A stretch of DNA of 64,000 bases. Origin: Lepidodermella squamata (taxonomy: Eukaryota > Animalia > Gastrotricha). Location: positions 4,340,001 through 4,404,000 of the forward strand of contig JBLDXI010000009.1 of assembly GCA_047495785.1 (NCBI GenBank), in the 5' to 3' direction. Every line of letters starts with the position of its first letter. The stretch's first letter is position 1. Under the pieces are notes generated by a model. It was not told the DNA's origin. It was given only the letters and a program-made list of their open reading frames with translations, and made no database searches. Below are positions 1 to 12,322 of this stretch, piece after piece. The position numbers and the translations under genes are program-made.

Positions 1-4
1 GGCA

Positions 5-1485
5 ATGAGAGATTTAACAAATATTATTTTGAATAGCTTGAAAGTTCTCGGGAGCTACTGGCTGTATTGGTACATGCCTAATTCTGGGTGCAAAACCATG
101 AATGCAAGCTACTTTCCTGCTATGTCGAATCAATCAACGATCTGGGTAGCGAGTGACACTTCAAAATCTTGGCGGCCGGTACTCGAGCACCTGAATACAA
201 TAGATAAAGTCGATATCATGCATAGCGATAAAGACCTGCGCATCTATTACAAAGCATCAGCCGACCCTGTCTACGGTTATATCCGCGTTTTCAAAGCCAT
301 ATAAACCTACTGCAGCGGCTTTGACCTGCGCTTCTTTCCCTTGGACCGTCTCGACGTCATCAAGTTGGAACCTGAATACCGAGTCGATACAATCAAAATC
401 ACAGAAGCGAGTTTCGGGGTATATGACTTCAGCAAGTTTGTTTTAGATACCGACATATGGGACCCTGTAATAGATTCGGTAATAGATTCGGTAATATTAG
501 CAAAAGAAGAAATTTTGACCATTTATCGATGAGCTTTTCGCTTAAACGGAGGTCATACTATTACATTGGGAACATATTTTTGCCCATGTTTGTGACTGTG
601 ATCCTACAGATGAGTGCGCTGATTATGCATCCAAAACACCCTGATAGGCCTACATATTGCATTACAGTTGTCTTAGCCCTTTCTGTCTTGTTGTCAATAG
701 TTTTCTCTCAGATTCCACGAACTTCGCAACAAGTTTACTTGGTTGTAATGGTCATCGTGAAACTTGTTTACTGCGTTGTTTTGACTATTTACTCTTTGAT
801 TGCTGGGCTAATTGCTCGAACTTAAAAACTTAAAAACTTAAACTTTATTGACGTGCAATTATCACATGCATGATTGCAGCACATAGTAAGGCATACTTAT
901 CATAGACACTCAAGTGTTAATCTAGTGGCTATTACTGGCCGAAGGCAGAGGATGTCGGTTTTGCTGCGCCGTATAGGGTGTGAACCAGAGGGTGTGATGT
1001 CGCAGATCAACGGGTATTGCTGTCCGTGTCGGCGTCCATCTTTTGCACCATAGAACTTTTGCACCGTGCGACACTGCAAGCTCCATTGGCACCATACCGA
1101 CCTAGACGAGTGTCGTGAGGCTTCGCTCGGCTATTGCTGACCGAGGTGATTAGTTCCGACGAGAAGGATCGGCGACCGAGGGTATTGCTGCTACTCAGCC
1201 GGAGCAGTAGGGGTAAAGTGCTCTGCTCAGTTACACACGCGCCGTGACTCGGAGACGAACCACTGACCTTCAGAGAAAGCACAGCGGACGCTTAACCACT
1301 AAGCCACGTGCTCCCCAGCACGAACGAAGTGGGGACGTCAGCGCGTTTATTGTGGACTATTAGCATTTTCCAAAGTTCGCTTTTTCGATGTTGGTGTCAT
1401 CGCACTCTCCGTAGTACTCATGCTCCTAATAGATACTCACCTCCTTTTGAAAATGAATGGTCAGCTACCATCAATCGATACCTGA
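5..1485 (+). pseudogene. Intronless Cys-loop ligand-gated ion channel subunit, disrupted (may start upstream of the window)
   Basis: WRPVLEHLN (WxPD-like loop), CSGFDLRFFPLD (Cys-loop-like, second Cys not seen), LKRRSYYYIGNIFLP followed by TM1-TM3. A TM4-like segment (RFFDVGVIALSVVLMLLI) resumes in frame after the SINE. Lesions: in-frame TAA at 302-304, a frame change between ORFs 341-532 and 457-825, and a SINE at 822-1317. Confidence 0.8.
822..1317 (-). mobile_element. tRNA-derived SINE (~496 bp)
   Basis: Minus strand starts GGGGAGCACGTGGCTTAGTGGTTAAG (A box), then GGTTCGTCTCC (B-box-like) and GTGTAACTGAGCAGAGCACTTTACCCC (CORE/V-like). It ends AATAAAGTTTAAGTTTTTAAGTTTTTAA. Flanked by GCTCGAAC (814-821) and GCACGAAC (1318-1325). 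Confidence 0.88.
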
Positions 1486-1836
1486 AGCAAAGATGTTTGT
1501 TTGAAGACGTAAGCACAAAGAAATCGCCAATCACACGAAGCTTTTGTTCAGGTTTCAGGTTAACAAGATGTTTTACGTTTTTGCTCTCAAAATGCCTTTT
1601 TGATTGTATATCAATGTATTAATATATGAAGCAACTTGTTGTACGAAGGTTCGACTTGGGCCTTATTCAGAAAACCAAAGGAACTTGAATTTGCGCCATC
1701 GCTGATTGCGCGGCCGGTATTCGTAGAAAATGTGCTACTAGTGAATGTCCAGCTATTCCCTCGAGTGTTTCGTAATTGACGGGAATTTTTCGGTGTAGGT
1801 TCAAAATCCCAATTTTTCAAACGAGCAAGTCCTTCT

Positions 1837-2961
1837 TTATTCGGCAGAAACCTGTTTATTGGACAGTAATTCAGTGGTCTTCAAATCGCTGGGTTCGGTA
1901 GCTTCCTTTGAAATTGTTTGATCGCATTTGCAGTTTCTATGGCAAAGCAAGGAAACGATATTCTTTACCAATCGCTTGACCAATTTCTCCAGGCCATGAA
2001 GTATTATAGAGGCGAAGGCAATTCCGCTCAGAACCATGAAAGACATGAAAATTCGGTATATAGGGTACAGCCAGAAATATGGGAATGCATCTGATCGAAG
2101 ACCGGCAACAAGATCTCCAAAGCCTTGAAGAATAGAACATTAAATTCAGCGTATTATCATACATTTCAATAGGCATTTACCTATCGTTGTAAAAGTGACG
2201 AACAAGTAGTAGAGCGAGGCGAGAAAATTCCAATCCTCAACCATGCTGACTATGCTGGATATGGTAATTAGGAAGCAGTAGTACAACAGTAGCAGAACAA
2301 CACATGAAATAACCCAAGCTCGGGAGCGATTTGTATCGACACCAACTTCGCCGTAAAACTTTTCCAGCAATAAGTAAAATCTCATTCGAAGGGGCGAAGC
2401 GAGCCGCCTCGTGACGACTTTTCGAATTTGACCGACGACATTGAAGCATAACGGTATTCCAACAATTGCAAAAAGCACACTGGCAACCCGGCCTGAACTT
2501 GTTGTAGGATACATATTTCCATATCCGATTGTTGTTACAATGGTCTGTAAAGTAACAGAAATTCTGAAATAGCCATCCAACTATTACGAACTCACAAGAC
2601 TAAAGAAAAGGGCGCTGAGCAAATCCCATTTTGAAGATTTACTTGATCCTTCGGATTTGCATTCAAGGTTCCTTGCTATACTGACATTCAGATAGGTTGA
2701 CGAGGAATTGGTGAACACTTTTATAGAGATGACCTTGACGTTTCCCAAATTAGTTCTGCCTTCGTCCAAACTGTCCACGATAACGTTCTCGATGGTGGAC
2801 TTTTCGCTTTTCGCTGCATTACTCATTTCTACCTCCTTTGGAGATTCGATTATGTGAAACGTAACCATTCCGAACATGAGCCAAGTAAACAGAAGTAAAT
2901 AACTGACGATTAGAGTCGTCCGAGGAAATTCACATGGCTTTGTCGCGGTTTGCTGTGTCAT
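1837..2961 (-). CDS. Two-pore-domain (K2P/KCNK) potassium channel, 3 exons
   Basis: P1 TTIGYGNMYPTTSSGR..GIPL; P2 EDWNFLASLYYLFVTFTTIG|FGD joined across an intron (~2125-2180); four TM segments. Confidence 0.93.
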
Positions 2962-3485
2962 TCCTTGGTCAATAATGACTCGTGAAAATTCCGAATATAA
3001 TCATGGAAAACTATACACTCCATCAATCCCTTATAGAAGATGATAAATGAAAATGTATTTTGCTAAATAAACCAGTTTTGAATCATTAGGTAGCAGGGTA
3101 ATGGTCTCATCATCATTCCATCGAACCATTACCATAGTAATGTGCTTCCACAAACTGATCAGTAAAATTATGGTATCGAAAAAGGAAGGCATCATTACGA
3201 GTTGAGTTCCATGAAGCAAACATACACATGCTCAGAGTACATAGGCATTGTTCATCCGCCTATGGCCCGAATAACGCACAGACCAGAGAGCGTAAAAAAC
3301 GCGCACTAATAGAGCAATGTAGCATTGCAAAAAAATCGATAATTTATCTAAAGGTTTTTATTCGGATCGCAATAGAAATAATCTCCCCAGAAATTGCAAA
3401 TGAGATGTCGAGTCTTGTATATAATTGCATTTATGTATAGTGTCCCTCAAGGCCGCGAAATTTGAATAATATCTTTCATGTTTCA

Positions 3486-4495
3486 TTAACCAATCACAGC
3501 TTGAAGCGCAGGCAGCCTCCATCCGCGGTTTAGGGTTATAGGAAAGCCTGACGATGTCAGTAGTTCTGTTATCGTGATTAGAGACGGCTTTCCGACCTCG
3601 AGCAACACTTCCACTTGCCCGCGGTAGAATTCAATCTCAATCCCATCACTTAGTGGCCTGTTCAACCTTTTCACGTCTGGAGATTCGGCATCAATATATG
3701 GCAGGATAGGATCCTCCTCGAGTGTTTCGTATGCGACAGCGATAAAATGCTCGGGTGTAACAGTGATTCTGACCGTAAGAAATAGTGAAAAAACAGCAGG
3801 ATAGAACCAGCTAGAGCTCACCTTTCAAACGTGGGAACTTTGAATTCAGTCCAATCGGAAGAATCCCCTGTGATTATTTTGTTCATGCCGTCTATAATAA
3901 GCTGAAACATTTATTATTATTTAGGTAAAAGGTGATCCGAATCACTTACGCGATCATTTTCAATTCTGAGAAATGCAACGTAGAAAGACCTATCTGGCAT
4001 CGCTGGTTCTTGCTGCAAGTATTTCCAAGCTACAACATCCCCTCCGCATGTCATCTGTCAGACATCAAATAAATGTCTCATAAATGTTAGAAATTATAAA
4101 TCCCACCGTGAAATTCAAGAAAATTTGCAACTGCGTGGTTGATTTTGTGAATATCTGTTAAAAATGAAAGCAATTGCATGGATTTAGGGGGTTCCAGTAC
4201 TGTGGCGTACGTTTCTGTCGGCTAATGGACAAATCCCTGCGACACAATCGCATTGCGGTGTCTCAATCGTCGAGATTAGTTTATTTCCAGATTTAGGCGC
4301 ATGCTTTCTCGGCGCTCTCTCAACTTTGAGGTAAATAGTCCATGCGATTTTAACGAATCGAATGGCTGCGTGTAAGTGATATCCGATGAAAATGCCTAGT
4401 ATAAGCCATAACAACCAGCGGCGTTGATATGGAATCTCAGGAAGACGAGATTTTAGCCTGGTAATTATTATCCGGAAATATAGTAGCAGCCTCAT
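3486..4495 (-). CDS. Unknown protein with an N-terminal hydrophobic anchor, 5 exons
   Basis: RRWLLWLILGIFIGY anchor. GT-AG joins give a continuous frame: IFLNFT|MTCGGDVVAWKY...FYVAFLR..R|LIIDGMN..WTEFKVPTFER|ITVTPEHFIAVAY. Confidence 0.7.
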
Positions 4496-4698
4496 TGATT
4501 GACAATTACTGAAATCTGAGCTTAACTAATTACATGCCTCAGATTTAGAAGGCAACTGAGGCCAGACTACTCATGTTCACATTCAGTGACTCAGAGACCT
4601 GGTCGGTGATGGCAATCCTCAAGTGCAAATTATTATGCTGTAAGTTTGTATCAAGCTCGAATGCGGCAATCCTTCTGAAACTTTGTCTTACATCTGTA

Positions 4699-4805
4699 CA
4701 GGGTGTTCGTTAAATAATATCTAGCTTTTAGCTCTGAAACGCTGAAACGCGTGCCAAAAAGTAGCAAAGCTATTTATAACTACCTATTATTTCTTGAACA
4801 CCCTG
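4699..4805. mobile_element. 107-bp Tc1/mariner-type MITE
   Basis: Terminal inverted repeats CAGGGTGTTCgttAAATAATA and TATTATTTcttGAACACCCTG (18 of 21 match), with TA on both sides. Confidence 0.8.
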
Positions 4806-5263
4806 TATATGTGCATGTTTTATATAACCCGGGTATCTTGATATTCCAATTTCGAGTATATCATGGTGAAATTTAAAAAATTGTTGAGCATCACCCGGAA
4901 AGAAATGCTCCGATTTCATTAAAGCGCTTAATTTGAATTTCGTACACATCTGAAAATTTACGAAATTGTCGAATGTTTGCTCATTTCAGTGGAACAGAAA
5001 TAGCCGAAATGACTGACTGAAGCCGCATGAGCGAAACCTCGTTCGAGATAATTGATTGAATAGCACAGCCCTGCCAATTAATATACCCTCGCTAACCGAG
5101 TAAACATTTATAACAAGAATCAAACAAAAGCTAATTTTTCTCGAAACTTGATTTTCGTAAGATGTCGCGGAGCATTGAAACGAACGACAACGGTGAAGAG
5201 TTTCATCCAAACACGTAATTTAGTTTCTTCTGCGCGATTGAAGTTGCAAAAACGCAAATTATA

Positions 5264-7755
5264 ATGCTCTTACAGCTGTCACTTGTTTTTATCGCTGCAG
5301 CTGGGTCAAAGTCACGTGAGTTATTTTTCCAGGAACCATGAGATTACAAGAGTATGACTATAAACAGAGAATTGCGAACGCTTGAACAAAAATCCGATTT
5401 TGGGATCGGTTGGCTATTACAAGACTATGAATGGTGGGGTTATAGCGAGCACTCCCGATGACTTTAAAATGGGCGAGTTCGAAAATACCAGTTACCACTT
5501 CTACTGCAGCAACAATCGAACCGATTTTGAGCTGTATTCGTGTCGTAAGGGCAATTGGGAACGTGGTTGCTGTGGCGAGGGTAAGCCTGAGACGCTTCAT
5601 CATCGCATGTTATTAGGAGGCTTCCCTTTCTGAAAAATAATTTAGCTGAATGTATGCCTGTGCAATCGTGCGAAAGGAATAGCTGTTCACCCACAATGGC
5701 CCAAAGCACGAGCTCACGATGGTCCGGAAACTACTCATGCCCAACTCCATATGCTGTCATCAATCGCAATGAAATCGACTTGACTTTTACCGATGGTCAA
5801 GGGAAAGTGAAAACAGATATTTATTATATTAAGGAAGTTCTACCGTTGGAATCAGTGAGCTTTACTTGCAAGGTTACGGCGAAACAAGTTTTTTCGACTG
5901 TATGCCAACCAACTGGTTTCTACTCCCCTAACAAATTACCTTGTTGTTCCAATGGTATTAATTCAATCCCTATTCTTTAAAGACGTAAATGTGATGATCT
6001 CTTAACAGATGCTTGCAAAAATGAGGGCACCTGTGTAGACAACTTCTGTAAGTGCCCAGACGGGTATGGTGGCAATTTCTGCGAGAAAAGCACTCTGTCA
6101 GCAGTCACCCCTGACCCATCTTTACCGCCACCGGACCCTTCTCCTTACAGTGAGTGAATGACATATTCATTTTTAGGTATTGAAATTTCTGACCTTAACT
6201 AAAGGTTTGGTGGGCAAGATGAATGTTTCCAGAGTTTTTGCACAGATCACTTCGGCGGGATCCGGAGAAAGCATTGCTGTGATCAATGCTTCGAACAAGA
6301 CAATTTTCAAGGATCCACTGAGTAATGAATATAAAGCAGTTTTGGACGAATTTAGAGATACCATCAAGAGCATGTTTTCGATGGCTAGCATGCCAATGCC
6401 TACGAAGATTGAACTCGGGGCTAAGTTTGCTATTTAATCGTATTTCTTAAATCAAAACTTAATTCTATATTCCAGCGTTTCTGGGGACTATATTCAAGCA
6501 AAATTCAGTGCGGCTATGAATTTCGGATGGCTGGTGACAGCTGATGATGCTCGACGCATGCTAAGGCCTGCTATTGATTACCTTAATGTGACTGATAGCA
6601 GCGCCTTTGGCCTGGGTGGCTTGAGAACCTTCGAAGTCATTTCATACGGTAAAGACCGGGAAAATTCTCAACTACCCTCTACGGGTGGCTCACAAACTCC
6701 GTCCTTGAATAACTCCTCGAATCTCGCAAATAATGCTAACCAGCAGAATGTGTCCTCGGAAACGCCGAAGCCTAATTTTGGCATTTCTGCGAGGACCTCA
6801 TCTCAGCCTAAACCTGCTGAAGGATCCAGCTCATCGGCCCCTGCAAATGTCCCGAAATCTGACGCGGGCTCGGCTGTTACTGCAAGTCAATTGGCTTCCC
6901 AACCGAAGTCTGCAGATAACCCGAGCACAAATAAACCAATCAGCGCCCCTGCAGCGACAAACATGGACGCCGCAGCCACAGCCACAGCAAAGCAAGTAGC
7001 CCCGTCCTCAAATCCACCTCAAACAGCCAAATTCAGCAACAGTAAGCTATTGATAAAGCGTAGTCAAAGCAATACGCATAATATTATTTATCATAGAAAT
7101 AAAGGGGTCACTGCGGGTTAAGCGAGTCAACATCTCTCGATCGGCATTGACTGGTGGCAAAAAGTCGAAACGAGCTGCTGACACTGATTATGTGATCATT
7201 ACAGCAGACAATCAAACAATTTTCGCCAACAAAAGCAGTGTAGCCTACAACGCTGTTAAGGATGCTTTTATCGAGCAGCTTATTGCTCTGTACGCCGATA
7301 TGGGGCTACCCATGACAAAACAAGACTTGGAACTTGTTGACTTGAGGTAGGTTGAGATTGAAATCTAACACAACTCATAATTCCCAATGTCTTCCGTCAA
7401 CTTGTAAGTGGCCTTTACGGCGAGATTGCGGCAAACTATACGGCAACTGTTTCATCGGACGCTGCGTTGGATCAAGCAGATATCCAGCGTAGAGTGACCA
7501 AAGCAATTTCAGATTTGGAAACAATGGGCGCTTTCGACCTTTTCGCCTCTGACGATGTTACGACTGACATCCTGTCAATCTTTTCTACACCAGTGGACGC
7601 CCCCAGTGGATCTGGGACGAAAAAAAGCGCTGCAACTCGCGTGATCTTGGACGGTGAGTTTCAGTTCTTGTATAAAATCTACGGGTTTATATTGCTAACT
7701 AACAGGTATTTGGCTGGTCGCTTATGCCGTGACTCTACAAGCTGGGATGTATTAA
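5264..7755 (+). CDS. Array gene A: signal peptide, 2 sushi-like modules, EGF, SEA-like, Ser/Pro/Ala stalk, SEA-like, hydrophobic tail
   Basis: MLLQLSLVFIAAAG; C..GNW..CC and CQPTGFY.P..LPCC modules; EGF CKNEGTCVDNFCKCPDGYGGNFC; IFKDPLSNEYKAV and IFANKSSVAYNAV; KKSKR; ends GIWLVAYAVTLQAGMY*. Confidence 0.8.
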
Positions 7756-8036
7756 TTTTGAAAAAAAAATTTAACTTAGTTTTATGGCATTCAGTGTGTT
7801 TTTCTGCAATGGTCTCTTTGTTGAAGTAAACTAATTTCGGATTTCCTCGAATCAGTTCTGTTATTGCGAAAAAGATGAGTACACATAAAATGCATCATTT
7901 ACGAGTGAAATAGGCGTCGCGTTGCATTCAGCGTCACTCCATGAGCGTGAGACAGTGATCGTGTCGGGTTTATCCGCCAATCCTAATTTTTCCCCATTTT
8001 CACGCAATTGTGTTCCAGAGCGTTTCAAGATTCAGA

Positions 8037-9602
8037 ATGATAGTAAAAGGCAAGTTCCAGAAGAAGATGTTTGGCCTTATTGCTGTACTATTCTATGTCG
8101 CATCAATTTGGTCGAAGCCCTATTCGAAACGAAGCTCCGCCCATTACGTGTTGGATTATGTAAGAGCTTCAGTGATGGTCGATTCGCTAAATGAATATGT
8201 CTTACTAGAAATCAACTATGTCAGCCAGCTGCGAGAAATCTTCCGATTATCTCAGTTACAAAGCCCATTTGCCAGAGTGTAATCTGAACCTGGAAACTGA
8301 TCTCCTGGGTTCTGCCACTGGTAACCAAGTCCCGTCGAATATCACCGTAAAAAATGCGTGGCTAAACGCTGGGCTGGAATCGGACGGCTATTACGAGCCT
8401 CCTGATTGCCGGCCGAAGCATCGGATCGCGGTCTTGGTGCCGTATAAAAACCGGGAATCTGATTTACGAAAACTTCTCTACTACCAAATCCCCATATTGA
8501 AACGTCAGAAAGTCGCGTTTCAAATATTCCTAATCGAACCAGGTTCGCTGCGAAATTAGCTGTATTCGTGAAATTTGAATGATTTTTCAGAATTTTCGGA
8601 CCGAAGTAGGTTCTCTCGCGGCTTGTTACTGAATATTGGGCTATTGGAGGCGATGAGAGATGCTAAAGCTAAAGGTAGACCGCCGTGGTGCTGTGTAGCC
8701 AGCCATGACGTTGATAAGTAATGATTAAATTTCATTGGAATGCCAATTAAATTTGATTATTCAGAGTTATAGTAAACGACCACCTGTTATTCGTATGCCC
8801 TAATCCCGGCGAGATGTATCACATGGTACTGACGTAAGTTTCAAATATTTGAATTTCCTTTCAATTTCTTTCGATTTTTAGCCCGAATGATTTGCATTTC
8901 GGCGGTGTTGGCATAGTCAGGACTGATGATTACATGTGGATGAATGGTTACTCGAACACGTATTTCGGATGGGGAGGCGAGGATGATGAATTTGTCCGAA
9001 GGTATGGCATACTTTGATTAAGGTCCTACACATAATCCGGTCAATTTTTCAGAGGCTATTATCGTGGTTTTCGAATTGAACGGCCTGAAACTGCTCGATA
9101 CATGGTACACGAAGAAACAGGCGAGAGAGGGTACGACCCGAATCCTAGGTACGCTTTGTTAATTCCTTTATCGACTGAAAACTTGTACACCAACATAGGA
9201 TGTACGTCAACCGATTTTCATTCAAGCTCCGAATAGACTACGACGGAATTAATTGCTTAAAGTATCGTTTCATCAGCTTTACCGCTAACAAAACGTTCAC
9301 CCACATCCGAGTGTCATATTCCGAGGAGGAGGTCTTTGCGGTAAGAAACTAAATCTCAGCACTCAGACTTCTAAATTCTAATGCTTTCCTAGTATTACAT
9401 TTTTCATTGTTCGAAAGGCGGATATGGCCATCGAATAGCAGAATTGCAACTCCTTGATTACAACAGACTCAAGACGCGTTACCTCAAAGAGTGGAAGGCG
9501 AAATGGAGAAACGATCCGAAGCCTATTGGGACTGTAAATAGCCCTGAAGAATGCGACGATTTTGAATATCACAGACGCTTCAATTTGACTATACCGAGAT
9601 AG
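8037..9602 (+). CDS. GT7-family beta-1,4-galactosyl/GalNAc-transferase
   Basis: Type II anchor; RIAVLVPYKNR, FQIFLIEP, FSRGLLLNIG, HDVD (DxD), GYSNTYFGWGGEDDEF and DGINCLKY across short exons. Confidence 0.93.
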
Positions 9603-10094
9603 CTCTATCTGACTACTATGTTTTTTACTCTTCTTATAAAACAATCAGCGAGAATTGTCGGGGTAATATAAGCATTACGTAAATCTATTACTGAAAGATT
9701 TTTTACATAGCTAAATACATCAGTGATGAATCTTCCCAGAGCCTTGAAACAGGGCTTTCCTGGTTCCTGCATGCTGCACCAACCTGGGCCAGCAGCTCCA
9801 TGAATGCATTTAGAAAGCCCACCAAAATTAGCTACTGCAGCTTTGGCAGCGAATTAAACTGCTACATCAAATGAAAAGAATCTCTCATTCCACGAAATTA
9901 TCAATCCCAATTAAGAGACTAGGTCAATGTATTATGTCAATGTATTAGCTGTTTGCAGTACTACGAGCGCTAAAATAATGAACTTAACTAGCGACACAAA
10001 TGAGGTTATAGGTGACTGAGTATCTCGAAAATCGGACCAATCCTCTACTCATTAATCTGAATACAGTTTTAATCCCGGACAACACTCTCTGAAA

Positions 10095-11746
10095 ATGCGG
10101 CAATTCTTTTTGAAATATTGGAAATTCTGGCTATTATGCGCAGTCCTATTCTTAATTATTCTATTCAAAAGCACGGCCCGGCCTGACGAGATTAAAATCG
10201 AAAAGCCAACCGGGAACCGAAATTCTGGTGATACTCGAGCGAGAAACCCTGACTACCCAAAAGATCAGCAAGAAATTTTGAAAATCGTGGAAGTCGACTA
10301 CATTTCAACGCGGAGTGAGTGATAAACTCGGACTTAACACAAATTCCTTTAAACTTTACTCCTTACAGCTAACAAGAACCCGCTTAGGATTTGGTCGCTA
10401 GATTTGCACCATGCGACAAAGCTCGAATTTTTAACCGCACTTCAAAGCGTTTTACGTATCCCGACTGTTATGACTACAGCTTCTTTCAAAGACATAGAAA
10501 AAAGCATTGGAAATCAAGACTTTTTCCGAACGCTATGCCCTCATCCTCACGTACAACGACGTCTGTTTTTCGAACATCTCAAAGATAAGCCTGAAATTAC
10601 GAAAGCAGACATTCTGTGGAACGAAATGAAACCTGGAAATGTCGAGCTGTTATTTCCTTTTAACAAATCAATCATTTACTACGTCGCAACACCCCACGAA
10701 TTCGGTAGGGAGAATCCTATTCAGATCAAAGAGTGGTATGACAACTTGCAGCGGCTGTCAAAGGACCCTCGCTCTGCAATAATCGCGAATAACATATATG
10801 ATTTGCGGACATTGGAATACTTCACAGGTGTTAAAGCTGAGTACATACCCTCACTGAGTATGTACGCTAGAAACCAAGCTGTCTGGACAAAGCCAGACCG
10901 ATTTGACGTAGCTTTGGTCGGTGGAAATACCCAGGGCTGGTTCGCTAAGGAAATCATCAATAAAACCAATGAAATTCTCGAAAATATGAACGCGAAGATT
11001 CGACTGTCTTACATCAAGAAGATCTATCCAAGTTACCGATATCGTGATTTAACACGCCACTCTGCTATTGTTAACTTTCCTTACGCTCACTCAACTATGT
11101 CGCAATTCGAGTACTACAACATGGCTATTCCATCGTTTTACCCCAGCCTGGACTATATGCTACGACTGGAAGCTGAAGACTTTGCCAGGGGCTCGTTTCA
11201 AGGCTACCGCATTTACTGGAGGGGTCTACCCATTCGAAAAGGCGGTCCTTTCATAGACAAAAGCTGCAAGTTACCGGAGCCTTGTACGAATCCGCATGAT
11301 GTAAACGCGACGGATGATGAGCGGCGAGCTTGGTGGAAATTGGCTGATTTCTACCAGTGGAAGAACGTGGTTTATTTCGACTCGCCGCAAGACTTAGCTG
11401 AAAAGCTAGTTACGACAGACTTCGCTGAAGTTTCAGCTAGGTAAACAGCTTTTCTAAAAATTGTTTCAGACTTTTAACGAGTTTACTTTTAATTAGGATG
11501 AAAGACGAGCTTCGAAATATTCATGAAGAAGCGAAAGAGAAATGGTCGAAAGTGATAGGACGGATTCTCAATCCAATGCCCCAAGGTGGCTATAAAGTAG
11601 GATCCGATTATTATGAATCTATGCTGATAAGATGGGGCATTCGGAAGCGGGATCTGAACGAATCTGATGATGCAGAAGGACCGGCTTGTGATATGTATGC
11701 GAATGGTCCAGGTCGCGTTCAGCGAGCCGGACCAGCGTTTGTATAG
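10095..11746 (+). CDS. Type II membrane protein, putative glycosyltransferase-like enzyme, 3 exons
   Basis: Short N-tail plus TM (WKFWLLCAVLFLIILF), a stem and a large globular domain. SAIVNFPYAHSTMSQFEYYNMAIPSFYP resembles the E-x-x-x-x-x-x-P region of GT-B enzymes. Function is inferred. Confidence 0.6.
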
Positions 11747-12322
11747 ATGCAGCAATTCACGTGCTCGATTTTCCGATTACGAGGTCAAATAAGAAAGAAT
11801 AAAGACTATAGCATATTGTAATGTAACTGGTCTCTTCCATCTGATTGCATTTTGTTAGCTCAAATTTTCTCGCAGTTTCAACGAAGTTTGAATCATGAAG
11901 CGCTCAAAATGCGTCGTTAGTTGGTTCTAAGGACTCGGATGAACTTTCTGGAAACCCTAGGCATAAATTGAGTCTTGAGGCTGTCTGCTGTCTATTAATA
12001 ATAGAGGCATTCCTAGGCCTTTATCCTGTCAAATTATTGTCTAACAAATTTGCCGCGGATTTTAATTGGTTGTCCAATTAACAATATACTTGAAAGTGCA
12101 GGTATCTGAATACCAGCACATATGCTCGGTAAAAACTGCGACATTTTATTTGATATTCGGATAGGTAGCTAAGTTTTCCACGTCTTACGAACGTTATTTT
12201 TTTGTAGCTTTTCCTTCCAGCGCGCGATAACAAAATTCAGCCGCCTTGTAGCGAACTATTCTGCCATTTTTAAATTTCTCAAGAGCTTTTGAACAAGAGA
12301 AATCACTTCATAAAATATTCCT

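Noticed and set aside
1007-1282. 91-aa minus-strand ORF and the tRNA-like sequence at ~1245-1317
   Set aside because: Both lie inside the SINE. The tRNA-like part is the SINE head, not a tRNA gene.
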